From positions 1 through 63,434 of the forward strand of contig CANRJP010000003.1 in NCBI GenBank assembly GCA_947630975.1: a DNA stretch of 63,434 nt. The letters run 5' to 3'. A program made the translations under genes and the position numbers. The stretch's first letter is position 1. Each line of letters opens with the position of its first letter. Source of the stretch: an uncultured Clostridia bacterium. GTDB lineage: Bacteria > Bacillota > Clostridia > UMGS1883. The notes beneath the pieces are model-generated. The model was not told the origin of the DNA and did not search any database. It saw only the letters and a list, made by a program, of their open reading frames with translations. Shown here in pieces: positions 20,970-29,832 of the stretch.

Positions 20970-21995
20970 ATGGCAAAAAAAATCGTAACCTTCGGCGAAA
21001 TAATGCTTCGCCTTCAAACTCCCGGCTATCAGCGCTTTATTCAGGCGCAGAGCCTTGACGCCACCTACGGCGGCGGGGAGGCAAACGTGGCCGTTTCTCT
21101 GGCCAACTACGGCATGGACACGGAATTTGTGACGCGCCTGCCCAAAAACCCTATCGGCGACGCCTGTCTGGCCTCTCTGCGAATGCACAATGTGGGCACG
21201 TCCCACATTGCCCGGGGCGGTGAGCGTCTGGGCATATACTATGTTGAAAAGGGCGCCTCTCAGCGGGCCTCAAACGTGGTATACGACAGGGCTCATTCCG
21301 CCATTTCCGAAGCCGGAACGGACGACTTTGACTGGGACGCCATATTCGACGGGGCGGACTGGTTCCACTTCACGGGCATAACTCCCGCCATAAGCCCCGC
21401 CTGCGCCGAGATAACCATGGCCGCTCTTAAGGCCGCGAAGGCAAAGGGCGTGCAGGTTTCCTGCGACCTCAACTTCCGCAAGAAGCTGTGGACCAGCGAG
21501 GAAGCCGGCCGTGTAATGGGTCACCTCATGGAATATGTGGACGTGTGCATCGCCAACGAGGAGGACGCGGAGAAGGTCTTTGGCATTGCCGCCGACAACA
21601 CGAACATCACCGGCGGCGAGCTCAGCGACGAGGGCTACCGTCAGGTGGCGGCAAAGCTTGTTGAGCGCTTCGGCTTTAAAAAGGTAGCCATTACCCTGCG
21701 CGAGTCCATAAGCGCCAGCGAGAACAACTGGGCGGCCCTGCTCTATGACGGCGAAAATTATTACAAGTCCAGGAAATACAACATCACCATCGTCGACCGC
21801 GTGGGCGGCGGAGACAGCTTCGGCGGCGGACTTATCTACGGTCTGCTCAACGGCTGTTCCATGCAGGACACCATCGAGTTCGCGGTGGCGGCCTCCTGCC
21901 TGAAGCACTCCATCGAGGGAGATTTCAACCTCGTCACCCTTGACGAGGTAAAGAACCTGATGAAGGGCGACGGGTCTGGCCGCGTTCAAAGATAA
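20970..21995 (+). CDS. kdgK: 2-dehydro-3-deoxygluconokinase (PfkB family)
   Basis: MAKKIVTFGEIMLRL, YGGGEANVAVSLA and the C-terminal GGGDSFGGGLIYG anion hole are present. I prefer the ATG at 20970 over the TTG at 20961. Confidence 0.88.
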   Translation: MAKKIVTFGEIMLRLQTPGYQRFIQAQSLDATYGGGEANVAVSLANYGMDTEFVTRLPKNPIGDACLASLRMHNVGTSHIARGGERLGIYYVEKGASQRASNVVYDRAHSAISEAGTDDFDWDAIFDGADWFHFTGITPAISPACAEITMAALKAAKAKGVQVSCDLNFRKKLWTSEEAGRVMGHLMEYVDVCIANEEDAEKVFGIAADNTNITGGELSDEGYRQVAAKLVERFGFKKVAITLRESISASENNWAALLYDGENYYKSRKYNITIVDRVGGGDSFGGGLIYGLLNGCSMQDTIEFAVAASCLKHSIEGDFNLVTLDEVKNLMKGDGSGRVQR

Positions 21996-22001
21996 GATAA
22001 A

Positions 22002-22318
22002 GGGGCCGTAAAAAAAGTCGCGCAGAACGTTCAAGGGCTGAATGACTTAATTTAAGGCAGATTTATGTGTTGATAAATCTGATAAAAGAAACAAAACTAT
22101 GAATTAATGTGGAAAAACCGCCTTTTTCTTGCGAAAAGACGGTTTTTCTTTTTAATTATGCCCTTGAACTACGAACGAAAATCACCCTCGGCGTACCTAT
22201 GTACGCCGTCGGGAGGGCTTTCTCGGCGGCAGGCATTCGCCTGTTTACACGCCGCTTCGCGGCGCCGCCTGCGAGAGCTGATTTTCGTCCATTCTGCACG
22301 ATTTTTTCGACCGGCCCC
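22002..22318 (+). repeat. Family B modular intergenic element with nested C module
   Basis: The order is GGGGCCGTAAAAAAAGTCGCGCAGAACGTTCAAGGGC, then an AT-rich core, then a hairpin plus T-run, then ATGCCCTTGAAC, then the C module, then ATTCTGCACGATTTTTTCGACCGGCCCC. Confidence 0.85.
22170..22290 (+). repeat. C module nested in a family B element
   Basis: TACGAACGAAAATCA ... TGATTTTCGTCC splits the GCCCTTGAAC|GTTCTGCACG junction. That junction is contiguous in the copies at 45929 and 5461. Confidence 0.75.
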
Positions 22319-22346
22319 ACCGTCCGGGTTGTTCCCGCGAGAAAAG

Positions 22347-24014
22347 TCACGCGTCCAAAATCACCGGCAAAATCAAAGGCCGGCGGTGCGTTCCCTCGTA
22401 GACAAAATCGCTGAGGGCGGACTTTACGTTGGACTTGATAGTGCTCCAATCGTGCTGCTTGGAAATAAGAGAGTCCTGAACGCTCACCTGGGCGACCCGC
22501 CGCAGCTCCTCCATTATGGCCTCGTTGTCCCTCATATAGATGAAGCCCCGGCTGATTATCTCCGGGCCGGAAACCAGTCTGTTGCTCTTGCTGTCGAGGG
22601 CCATTACCACCATGATTATGCCGTTTTCGGCCAGATTTTTCCTGTCCTTGAGGACGATGTTGCCCACGTCGCCCACGCCGTAGCCGTCTACAAGAACGGC
22701 TCCGCTGGGCACCGTACCCACTATCTTGGCGCCGCTCCGATCCATTTCAAGAACCTGTCCTATCTCCATGCGGAAGATGTTCTTTTTGTCGATACCCATT
22801 TCCGCCCCTATTTCGGCGTGGCGCTTAAGGTGGCGCTCCTCGCCGTGGACGGGAATGAAATACTGGGGCTTCACAAGGCCGAGAATGATTTTCAGCTCCT
22901 CGCGGCAGGCGTGACCGGACACGTGTACCTCGGTGATGGACTGGTGAATTACGTCCGCGCCTTTTTTGTACAGCTCATTTATAACATTGGAAACCGTCTT
23001 TTCGTTGCCGGGAATTGGCGACGCCGAAATAATTACCAGATCGCCGCGTGTTATCTCGATTTTTCTGTGATCCGAATAGGCCATACGGGTCAGGGCGCTC
23101 ATGGGTTCGCCCTGACTGCCGGTGGTGATGATCACAAGCTGGTGATCGTGGTATTTTTTCACGTCCTCAATGGGGATAAGCGTGCCCTCGGGTATTTTCA
23201 GATAGCCCAAAATGGAGGCGACCTCGATAATGTTCACCATGCTACGGCCCGAAACCGCAACCTTACGCTTGTTGCGGACGGCGGCGTTGATTATCTGCTG
23301 AACCCTGTCCACGTTCGAGGCGAAGGTGGCGATAAAAATACGCTGGCGGGTGTTGGCGAAAATTTCCTCGAACTTTTCGCCGACGGTGCGCTCGCTCATG
23401 GTGTAGCCGGGGCGCTCGGCGTTGGTGCTGTCGCTCATGAGGGCGAGAACGCCGTTTTTGCCCAGCTCGCCGAAGCGGGCCAAGTCTATCATGCTACCCA
23501 GAATGGGCGTACAGTCTATTTTGAAGTCGCCGGTGTGAACGACGGTGCCGGCGGGAGTGGTTATGGCCATGCCCACGGCGTCGCTTATGCTGTGGTTGAC
23601 CCGAATAAATTCCACGGTGAAATTATTGCTTATCTTTACCGTTTCCCCGGCTTGAACACGGTTCAGGCGGGAAATGCTCAATATCCCGTATTCCTTCAGC
23701 TTCTGCTCGACCAGACCCAAAGTGAGCCGTGTGCCGTAGACAGGCACGTTGATGCTGCGGAGCAGATAGGGAATGCTGCCGATGTGATCCTCGTGTCCGT
23801 GAGTTATCACCACCGCCTTGACCTTTTCCCTGTTGTTGATGAGATAGGTCATATCGGGTATGACGCTGTCCACACCGGGCATCGTGTCGTCCGGAAAAGC
23901 CATACCGCAGTCCAGAACAAGTATCTCGCCGCCGTACTCAAAGACGGTGAGGTTTTTGCCTATCTCCTGCACTCCTCCCAGGGGAATAATTTTCAGTTTT
24001 GATTTTTTTGCCAT
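22347..24014 (-). CDS. rnj: Ribonuclease J
   Basis: The N-terminus MAKKSKLKIIPLGGVQEIGKN, the HGHEDHIG metallo-beta-lactamase motif and a beta-CASP domain are present. The start is at 24014 after GGAGG. Confidence 0.95.
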   Translation of the reverse strand: MAKKSKLKIIPLGGVQEIGKNLTVFEYGGEILVLDCGMAFPDDTMPGVDSVIPDMTYLINNREKVKAVVITHGHEDHIGSIPYLLRSINVPVYGTRLTLGLVEQKLKEYGILSISRLNRVQAGETVKISNNFTVEFIRVNHSISDAVGMAITTPAGTVVHTGDFKIDCTPILGSMIDLARFGELGKNGVLALMSDSTNAERPGYTMSERTVGEKFEEIFANTRQRIFIATFASNVDRVQQIINAAVRNKRKVAVSGRSMVNIIEVASILGYLKIPEGTLIPIEDVKKYHDHQLVIITTGSQGEPMSALTRMAYSDHRKIEITRGDLVIISASPIPGNEKTVSNVINELYKKGADVIHQSITEVHVSGHACREELKIILGLVKPQYFIPVHGEERHLKRHAEIGAEMGIDKKNIFRMEIGQVLEMDRSGAKIVGTVPSGAVLVDGYGVGDVGNIVLKDRKNLAENGIIMVVMALDSKSNRLVSGPEIISRGFIYMRDNEAIMEELRRVAQVSVQDSLISKQHDWSTIKSNVKSALSDFVYEGTHRRPLILPVILDA

Positions 24015-24134
24015 ATAAACCTCCGTTTTTCGTAATAATGCAACACAAAACAAAGCGAAAATTGCCATAAAATTTCCGCAAATATGCCGAGTTTAAATCC
24101 ATATTCTATTGCCAGAACACATCACCTGAATGTT

Positions 24135-24162
24135 ATTATACCACAAATTTGTAAAAAGTCAA
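24135..24162 (-). promoter_or_regulatory. Promoter of rnj
   Basis: On the minus strand: TTGACT, a 16-nt spacer, then TGGTATAAT (extended -10). This leaves a leader of about 110 nt. Confidence 0.5.
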
Positions 24163-24193
24163 CAAAAATTTTTGTCAAATTTTGTAGGGTATT

Positions 24194-25672
24194 TCAGTCA
24201 ATTTTATGTACACCTTTTGGAGTATAGCCCAAAAGCTTCTCTTTTTCCAGATATTTACAGATATTATATATAATTGAAAGCCACATCTCCGTTCCCTTAA
24301 GCGTCACCGGGTCCTTTTCGGGAGCAAAGCCGAAGCCCGGCCCCCACAGCGGAATTATGCGGCTCAGGGTCTCGAGCGCCCAAGCCTGTCCCTCGGTGCG
24401 CCGATAATCGGTTTGCAGACCGCAGCGCCAAAGGGGATAAATTATATCCAGCACGTTGCAGGCGTTAAACTCACAGCCGCCGTCCCTGTGCTCCAGCACG
24501 GAGTCGACGGTCCTTTCCGCGTAAGGCAGCGGAAGGCCGAACTGACCGTAGCTGCCCCTGACTGTCCTGTACCAGCCGTTCACGCGGAGGTTCAGGCTGC
24601 CTCCGCCCCAAAGGCCGGTCTGCGGACAGATGTTCCGTCTCAGCCAGCCGAAGAGCCTGTCCTCACGAACAGACTTATTGAATAAAGTTTTGTTAAAAAA
24701 CATGGCCGTAGCCAAAATATCCGTATTGTGTCCGGCGTCCCACGGGTCGTCGGGCCACTTCAAGGACGAAAGATAACCCTCAACGTCAAGGCCGTCAACA
24801 TAGGTGAACGGGCCGCTGAGCGAACCTCCGAGGGCGCACAAAGCGTAGCCAAGGGACATGACCGTTTCATAGCCGTGGCGGTCCTCCTCCATTGAACGGA
24901 GCCTTTCGATATACTTTTCCCGGCTCATAAAGGGCGGCTCCTCATTGAACATGGCGGCAATTTCGGCCCCGTCGCACCAGGGGCGTATCTCACCCGTCTC
25001 AAGCTCGGCCGCGCAATTTTCCGCCGCCGTCCTCCACTGTTCACGGGCGTTTCCGCCAAAGCCGGAAATCAATTTTTCGGTTTCCGTACTGTCCTTCAGC
25101 GCCGCCCGGCGGTCGCGTATCACACGGGCCGGATTGCCGCCGGCCAAAGCGTAATCGGGTATATCCTTCACCACGACGGAGCCGGCGGCCAGCACCGTAT
25201 GGCTGCCCACCCTTACTCCGTCCACGATAACGACGTCCGCGCCTATCCACACGTCGTCGCCGACGACTATCCCTTCCCGGCGGTTGCCCTGCCGCTTAAA
25301 CGGAATGTCGACGCGGTCAAAATTGTGATTTTCGCCGAACAGCTTTGCCCCCGGAGCGATGCTGACGCCGCTGCCCACGGTCACCTTGCCGTGAATGACG
25401 GCATAGGAGTTGACGGTGCAGTCGTCGCCCATTGTCAGCTCCAGCCGCCGAAGCAGGGCGTGGCTGGCGATCTTAACGTTATTGCCAACCTCCGCCCGCT
25501 GTACCTCGTAGATGTGAGCCTCCGGCGAGATCACGCAGCCCTCGCCGAACTCAAAGCCCGTCCGCCGGGTCAATTCCGCCTGAAAGTTTTTCTGCTCCTC
25601 CCGCTGGGCCTCCGTCAAGTTGTTCCACGGCAGAAAATAGTTTTCTTTTTCAAAATATCCGCCGTAACACAT
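24194..25672 (-). CDS. Fusion protein: N-terminal left-handed beta-helix (hexapeptide) acyltransferase plus a C-terminal domain of about 270 aa of unknown function
   Basis: 492 aa. Hexapeptide repeats and IVVGDDVWIGADVVIVDGVRVGSHTVLAAGSVVVKDIP...GNPARVI are typical of Mac/LacA-type acetyltransferases. I do not recognise the Trp/Gly-rich C-terminal half. The start codon overlaps the glmM stop (TAATG). Confidence 0.75.
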   Translation of the reverse strand: MCYGGYFEKENYFLPWNNLTEAQREEQKNFQAELTRRTGFEFGEGCVISPEAHIYEVQRAEVGNNVKIASHALLRRLELTMGDDCTVNSYAVIHGKVTVGSGVSIAPGAKLFGENHNFDRVDIPFKRQGNRREGIVVGDDVWIGADVVIVDGVRVGSHTVLAAGSVVVKDIPDYALAGGNPARVIRDRRAALKDSTETEKLISGFGGNAREQWRTAAENCAAELETGEIRPWCDGAEIAAMFNEEPPFMSREKYIERLRSMEEDRHGYETVMSLGYALCALGGSLSGPFTYVDGLDVEGYLSSLKWPDDPWDAGHNTDILATAMFFNKTLFNKSVREDRLFGWLRRNICPQTGLWGGGSLNLRVNGWYRTVRGSYGQFGLPLPYAERTVDSVLEHRDGGCEFNACNVLDIIYPLWRCGLQTDYRRTEGQAWALETLSRIIPLWGPGFGFAPEKDPVTLKGTEMWLSIIYNICKYLEKEKLLGYTPKGVHKID

Positions 25673-27021
25673 TATCCAAGATTTCGCTCGATAAGCTCCC
25701 TCAGAGCCTTGGCGTCGGCGGCGATCTCCTCGGTGTTCTCGCCCTCTATCATCACCCGGACGAGAGGCTCGGTGCCGCTGGGACGTATGAGCACACGGCC
25801 TCTTCCGCTGAACTTGTTCTCGAGCCGCTGTATCTCGGCCGTTATCTCGGGGTCAGAGGCGTAGCGGGTGTCGCCGCTCCTGGCCACCTTCGCGTTTTCC
25901 AGCACCTGGGGCAAAACCGTTATAATTTTACAAAGCTCGTCGACCGTCTGTCCGCTCTCCTGCACCACCTGGGCGAAGTTAAGGGCGCTGACAAGGCCGT
26001 CGCCGGTGGTGTTGTGTTCGAGGAAAATTATGTGGCCGCTCTGCTCGCCGCCCAGAGAATAGCCGCTCTTTAGCATCTCCTCCAAAACATAGCGGTCGCC
26101 CACCTTGGTCTTGGGAATGTTTATGCCGCACTTCTCGCCCATAATGAACAGGCCCAGATTGCTCATAATCGTGGCGACGATGGCGTTGCCCCTGAGCCGT
26201 CCCTTCTGCTTAAGATAATTGCCGCAGACGGCCATGATAACGTCGCCGTCGATGAGGCCGCCGTTGTTGTCCACAGCCAGTACGCGGTCGGCGTCGCCGT
26301 CAAAGGCGAAGCCCAGATCGCAGCCGTTTTCCTTGACAAACCTTTGCAGCCCCTCGATATGAGTTGAGCCGCAGCCGTAATTTATGTTTACGCCGTCGGG
26401 GTCGTTATTGATGACAAGCACCTCGGCCCCCATTCTGCGGAAAGCCGTGGGACTTGTAACAGATGACGCGCCGTTGGCGCAGTCAAGAGCGATCTTTTTT
26501 CCGGTCAGATCGACATTGACCGTGGAAACCGCAAAGTTTATGTATTCCTCAACCATGTGTTCCGCCCGGCGGACGGTTCCGATTTCTCCGTGAGTGGGAA
26601 GCTCGGGCATTTCGGCCTCGCCCAGAATAATGCGCTCTATCTCGTCCTCGGTTGCGTCGGGAAGCTTGTAGCCTTGAGAGTTAAAAAACTTTATGCCGTT
26701 GAACTCATAGCTGTTGTGGGACGCGGAAACCACAATTCCGGCGTCAAAGCCGTGAGTTCGGGTGAGATAGGCCACGGCGGGCGTGGGGCACACGCCCACG
26801 CAAACCACCTCGGCGCCCACGCCGCACACTCCGGCCACAAGGGCGGCCTCCAGCATAGGGCCGCTGATACGGGTGTCCATGCCGATGAGAATTTTAGCCC
26901 GTCCGTTCTTCTCCCTGCCGAGGACATAAGCCCCGGCCCTTCCTATTTTAAGCGCGAGCTCGGCGGTGAGCTCCTTGTTTGCCACGCCGCGCACGCCGTC
27001 GGTTCCGAACAGTCTACCCAT
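25672..27021 (-). CDS. glmM: Phosphoglucosamine mutase
   Basis: FGTDGVRG, the [14 protein letters not shown] phosphoserine loop, FDGDADR and GGEQSGH are present. Confidence 0.95.
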   Translation of the reverse strand: MGRLFGTDGVRGVANKELTAELALKIGRAGAYVLGREKNGRAKILIGMDTRISGPMLEAALVAGVCGVGAEVVCVGVCPTPAVAYLTRTHGFDAGIVVSASHNSYEFNGIKFFNSQGYKLPDATEDEIERIILGEAEMPELPTHGEIGTVRRAEHMVEEYINFAVSTVNVDLTGKKIALDCANGASSVTSPTAFRRMGAEVLVINNDPDGVNINYGCGSTHIEGLQRFVKENGCDLGFAFDGDADRVLAVDNNGGLIDGDVIMAVCGNYLKQKGRLRGNAIVATIMSNLGLFIMGEKCGINIPKTKVGDRYVLEEMLKSGYSLGGEQSGHIIFLEHNTTGDGLVSALNFAQVVQESGQTVDELCKIITVLPQVLENAKVARSGDTRYASDPEITAEIQRLENKFSGRGRVLIRPSGTEPLVRVMIEGENTEEIAADAKALRELIERNLG

Positions 27022-27051
27022 TATATTTTTCCTCCCTGATAATTTATTGTT

Positions 27052-29100
27052 TTAAAAATATCCTCTTGTAAACAGTTCCGGGGTCTTGCCGCCGTTCCTG
27101 TACATTTCTATCACTTCCCGCACACGGGCCGGACTTTCGTCCGTAAAGCTCAGCCGCAGCGCCGCCGCCCCGCAGGAGCGCAGTCCTTTAAGCCTGTCGG
27201 CCATAAAGGTGGGGCGGGAGTTGTATACAACATTTATATGCGTCTCCGGATCGCCCATGACAGGAAACTCCGCCCCGGTCTTATCTTTCAGCGTCAGCGG
27301 GCGGCAGTCGCACTTACCCCGAACGCCCCTTATTATGCAGGCGCGGCTCACCATAAGGGTCTGGCGGCCGTAGGCCAGCACCTCCACCGGCACGGGAGAA
27401 GCGTTGGCAATAATTTTTATCTCACCCAAGCTGAGCTCCGGCGAAAGGGTCAGGCTCACGGCCTCGCGGGCCAGCAGATTTACAAAGTCCGGATTGCCGG
27501 CGTTAAGCCCGAAGTCCCCTCTCGCCCTCAGTCCGGCTTCATTTATCAGGCGCAGACCGCCAAGGGTCGAGGCATAGACCTCGGTTCCCTCGGGAAGCGC
27601 CGCGAGCCGTCGGCGGACAGCCTCCTCATCTAAAATTATCCGTGGCAGAGCCGGGATATATTTTTCCTTAAATTCCACTTTTTCCAGCAAACTCAAGGGC
27701 AAAATCACACGGTCCGCTTCCGTGGCGGCGGCAAGCAGTTCAACGGACGCCACCGACGCAAACAGCTCCTGCTTTCCAGCTGGACAGCCGGTGAATTTCG
27801 GCTCATAACAGCCTCTCTCCGGCGGAACGGCCGCGCTCCGAGCCTCGCTCAATTCCTCAAGACAGGCCCGGCGAAGAGAGTTCAGCTCCGAGGACGGCGC
27901 AAAAAGTCCGTCCCCGATTTCCGGCTCAAAGCCACGCACATAATACGGCGTTCCGCCGGTCTTTGTAAGGCTGCGGGCGGAACTCTCCGCCGTCATCGGA
28001 GATTTTTGCGCCGGAGACGGTTCGCCGCCCTCCGCCCTTACCGAGTTGCCGTCAGCGTCCGTGACCTCAAGCGCCATTTTCCCGCCCGCGCGGGCGAAAA
28101 ACCGCATATTCACCGCCACGCGGCGGCGTTCGACGCCATCACGGTAAGAATTCCGGGCCTCGGTCAGCAATTCCCTGGGCACGTCGGCGGAAATATTGTC
28201 GTTTGAAATTTTTACGTTCATAATTTCCGGCGTGTTCAGGCCGGAAAAATAGCCCTCGGTAAAGCCGTCCCCACGGGAGAATATGTCCGAAAGCTTTTTC
28301 ATATCCTCCGCCGTGACCTTTTCGCCGTCGAGGGCACGGCGATAAACTCCGGTGACGACGGCCACATACTCGGGGCTTTTCATGCGGCCCTCGATTTTAA
28401 AGCTGACAATTCCGGCGCGTCTCATTTCGTCCAGGCGCTTAACAAGGCAGAGATCGCGGGGGCTTAGAAAATAGCCGCTCTTCCCGCCGCATTCATACAG
28501 CTTGCGGCAGGGCTGGGCGCAGCAGCCTCGGTTGCCGCTGCGGCCGCCGATAAAGCTGCTCATCAGGCAGCGGCCCGAAAAGCTGACGCAAAGGGCCCCG
28601 TGGACGAAGGCTTCCAGTTCGCAGCCGGTCTCGCCGTATATTTTTCCGATTTCCTCCGCCGAAAGCTCGCGGCTCAGCACCACTCGGGAAAATCCCTTTT
28701 CCATCAGTGAAAGCACGTCGGCCGTATTGTGGGCGCTTAGCTGGGTGCTGGCGTGGCGGGGCAGATCGGCGTAAAGCTGCCGAGCCAGCTCCGCAACGCC
28801 CAAGTCCTGAATTATAAGGCCGTCAACTCCGCTTTCGGCGGCGGCGGTCACCGCCGTCGCCACGAACCTTTCCTCGCCGGGACGCATGAGAGTGTTTAAC
28901 GTCAGGTAAGCCTTTGCGCCGCGAACATGGCAGTACCGCACAGCCTCCGCCAGCTCGCTGTCCGAAAAATTTTCGGCGTTCTGACGGGCGCTGAACCGTT
29001 TAAGGCCAAGATATACCGCGTCGGCGCCGTTCTGCACCGCCGCTCTCAGCGCCTCCGGCCCGCCGGCGGGGGACAAAAGCTCCGTCCTTATATCGCTCAT
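27052..29100 (-). CDS. Peptidase U32 family protein (long form with C-terminal extension)
   Basis: 682 aa. The N-terminus ELLSPAGGPEALRAAVQNGADAVYLG and a later E..VHGALC.SFSGRC block are typical of the U32 family. Confidence 0.9.
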   Translation of the reverse strand: MSDIRTELLSPAGGPEALRAAVQNGADAVYLGLKRFSARQNAENFSDSELAEAVRYCHVRGAKAYLTLNTLMRPGEERFVATAVTAAAESGVDGLIIQDLGVAELARQLYADLPRHASTQLSAHNTADVLSLMEKGFSRVVLSRELSAEEIGKIYGETGCELEAFVHGALCVSFSGRCLMSSFIGGRSGNRGCCAQPCRKLYECGGKSGYFLSPRDLCLVKRLDEMRRAGIVSFKIEGRMKSPEYVAVVTGVYRRALDGEKVTAEDMKKLSDIFSRGDGFTEGYFSGLNTPEIMNVKISNDNISADVPRELLTEARNSYRDGVERRRVAVNMRFFARAGGKMALEVTDADGNSVRAEGGEPSPAQKSPMTAESSARSLTKTGGTPYYVRGFEPEIGDGLFAPSSELNSLRRACLEELSEARSAAVPPERGCYEPKFTGCPAGKQELFASVASVELLAAATEADRVILPLSLLEKVEFKEKYIPALPRIILDEEAVRRRLAALPEGTEVYASTLGGLRLINEAGLRARGDFGLNAGNPDFVNLLAREAVSLTLSPELSLGEIKIIANASPVPVEVLAYGRQTLMVSRACIIRGVRGKCDCRPLTLKDKTGAEFPVMGDPETHINVVYNSRPTFMADRLKGLRSCGAAALRLSFTDESPARVREVIEMYRNGGKTPELFTRGYF

Positions 29101-29101
29101 A

Positions 29102-29494
29102 TCATTTCTTTGTGTGCTTGAGCTCGGTCTCCAAACGGGCGATACTTATGCGGAGAGCCTGATTTTCGTTGCTGAGCTTTGTGTTCTCCGCGGTGCGCTT
29201 ATCCAGCAGGAGCTTGTTCTCCCCCGCCTCGTCCGCCAATTCGACCAGCTTTTTGGACACCTCCGCGTGCTCGTCCCGAAGCTGGAAAAGCTCGTCGGCA
29301 ATATTGACACAGGCCAGCACAGCCGCCATAGAAGTGGAAAGACGGCGGTCGTGCTGTGTCATTTCCCGGATTTTTTTATCCACATAATACGACACGCTGC
29401 GCACATACTCCTCCGGAGCCGTGCTGACAATAGTATATTCGGCGTTGTTGATTTTTACCACCGTTTTTACTCTCTCGTCTTTTATTTCATCCAT
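29102..29494 (-). CDS. zapA: Cell division protein ZapA
   Basis: 130 aa. The ZapA-like N-terminus (VKINNAEYTIVSTAPEEYVRSVSYYVDKKI) is followed by a coiled-coil tail. The gene lies 1 nt upstream of the U32 gene. Confidence 0.85.
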   Translation of the reverse strand: MDEIKDERVKTVVKINNAEYTIVSTAPEEYVRSVSYYVDKKIREMTQHDRRLSTSMAAVLACVNIADELFQLRDEHAEVSKKLVELADEAGENKLLLDKRTAENTKLSNENQALRISIARLETELKHTKK

Positions 29495-29639
29495 GAGTCT
29501 TACCGCCTTATTATAAAATTACATCTTATATTATACTACAATCCGACACATAAATCAATAACTTTTTTTAAAATCATGTTTGCTTTTTTTGCTAATATGT
29601 GGTAGAATAAAAAGGAACTATATTTTAGGGGGAGATTTT

Positions 29640-29819
29640 ATGCTGCCGAAGGATCCGAACATTCTTTTCAGCCTGCTGAACACGAGGCTGAGGGACTTCT
29701 ATCCCTCGCTCGGCGCCCTCTGCGACGACCTTGACGAGGACGCCGGGGAGCTGAAGGCCGTAATGGAGAGGGCCGGATATAAATACGACATCGAAAGCAA
29801 CCGCTTTATCAAGCGCTGA
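29640..29819 (+). CDS. DUF4250-family small protein
   Basis: 59 aa from the ATG at 29640 (GGGGGAG RBS). The sequence is MLPKDPNILFSLLNTRLRDFYPSLGALCDDL. Confidence 0.7.
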   Translation: MLPKDPNILFSLLNTRLRDFYPSLGALCDDLDEDAGELKAVMERAGYKYDIESNRFIKR

Positions 29820-29832
29820 CGGAGGTAACGAC

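Noticed and set aside
22107-24002. A 631-aa plus-strand ORF starting inside the repeat element and running antisense through rnj.
   Set aside because: Its N-terminus is the translated repeat and the rest is the RNase J shadow frame. It has no RBS and no recognisable domain.
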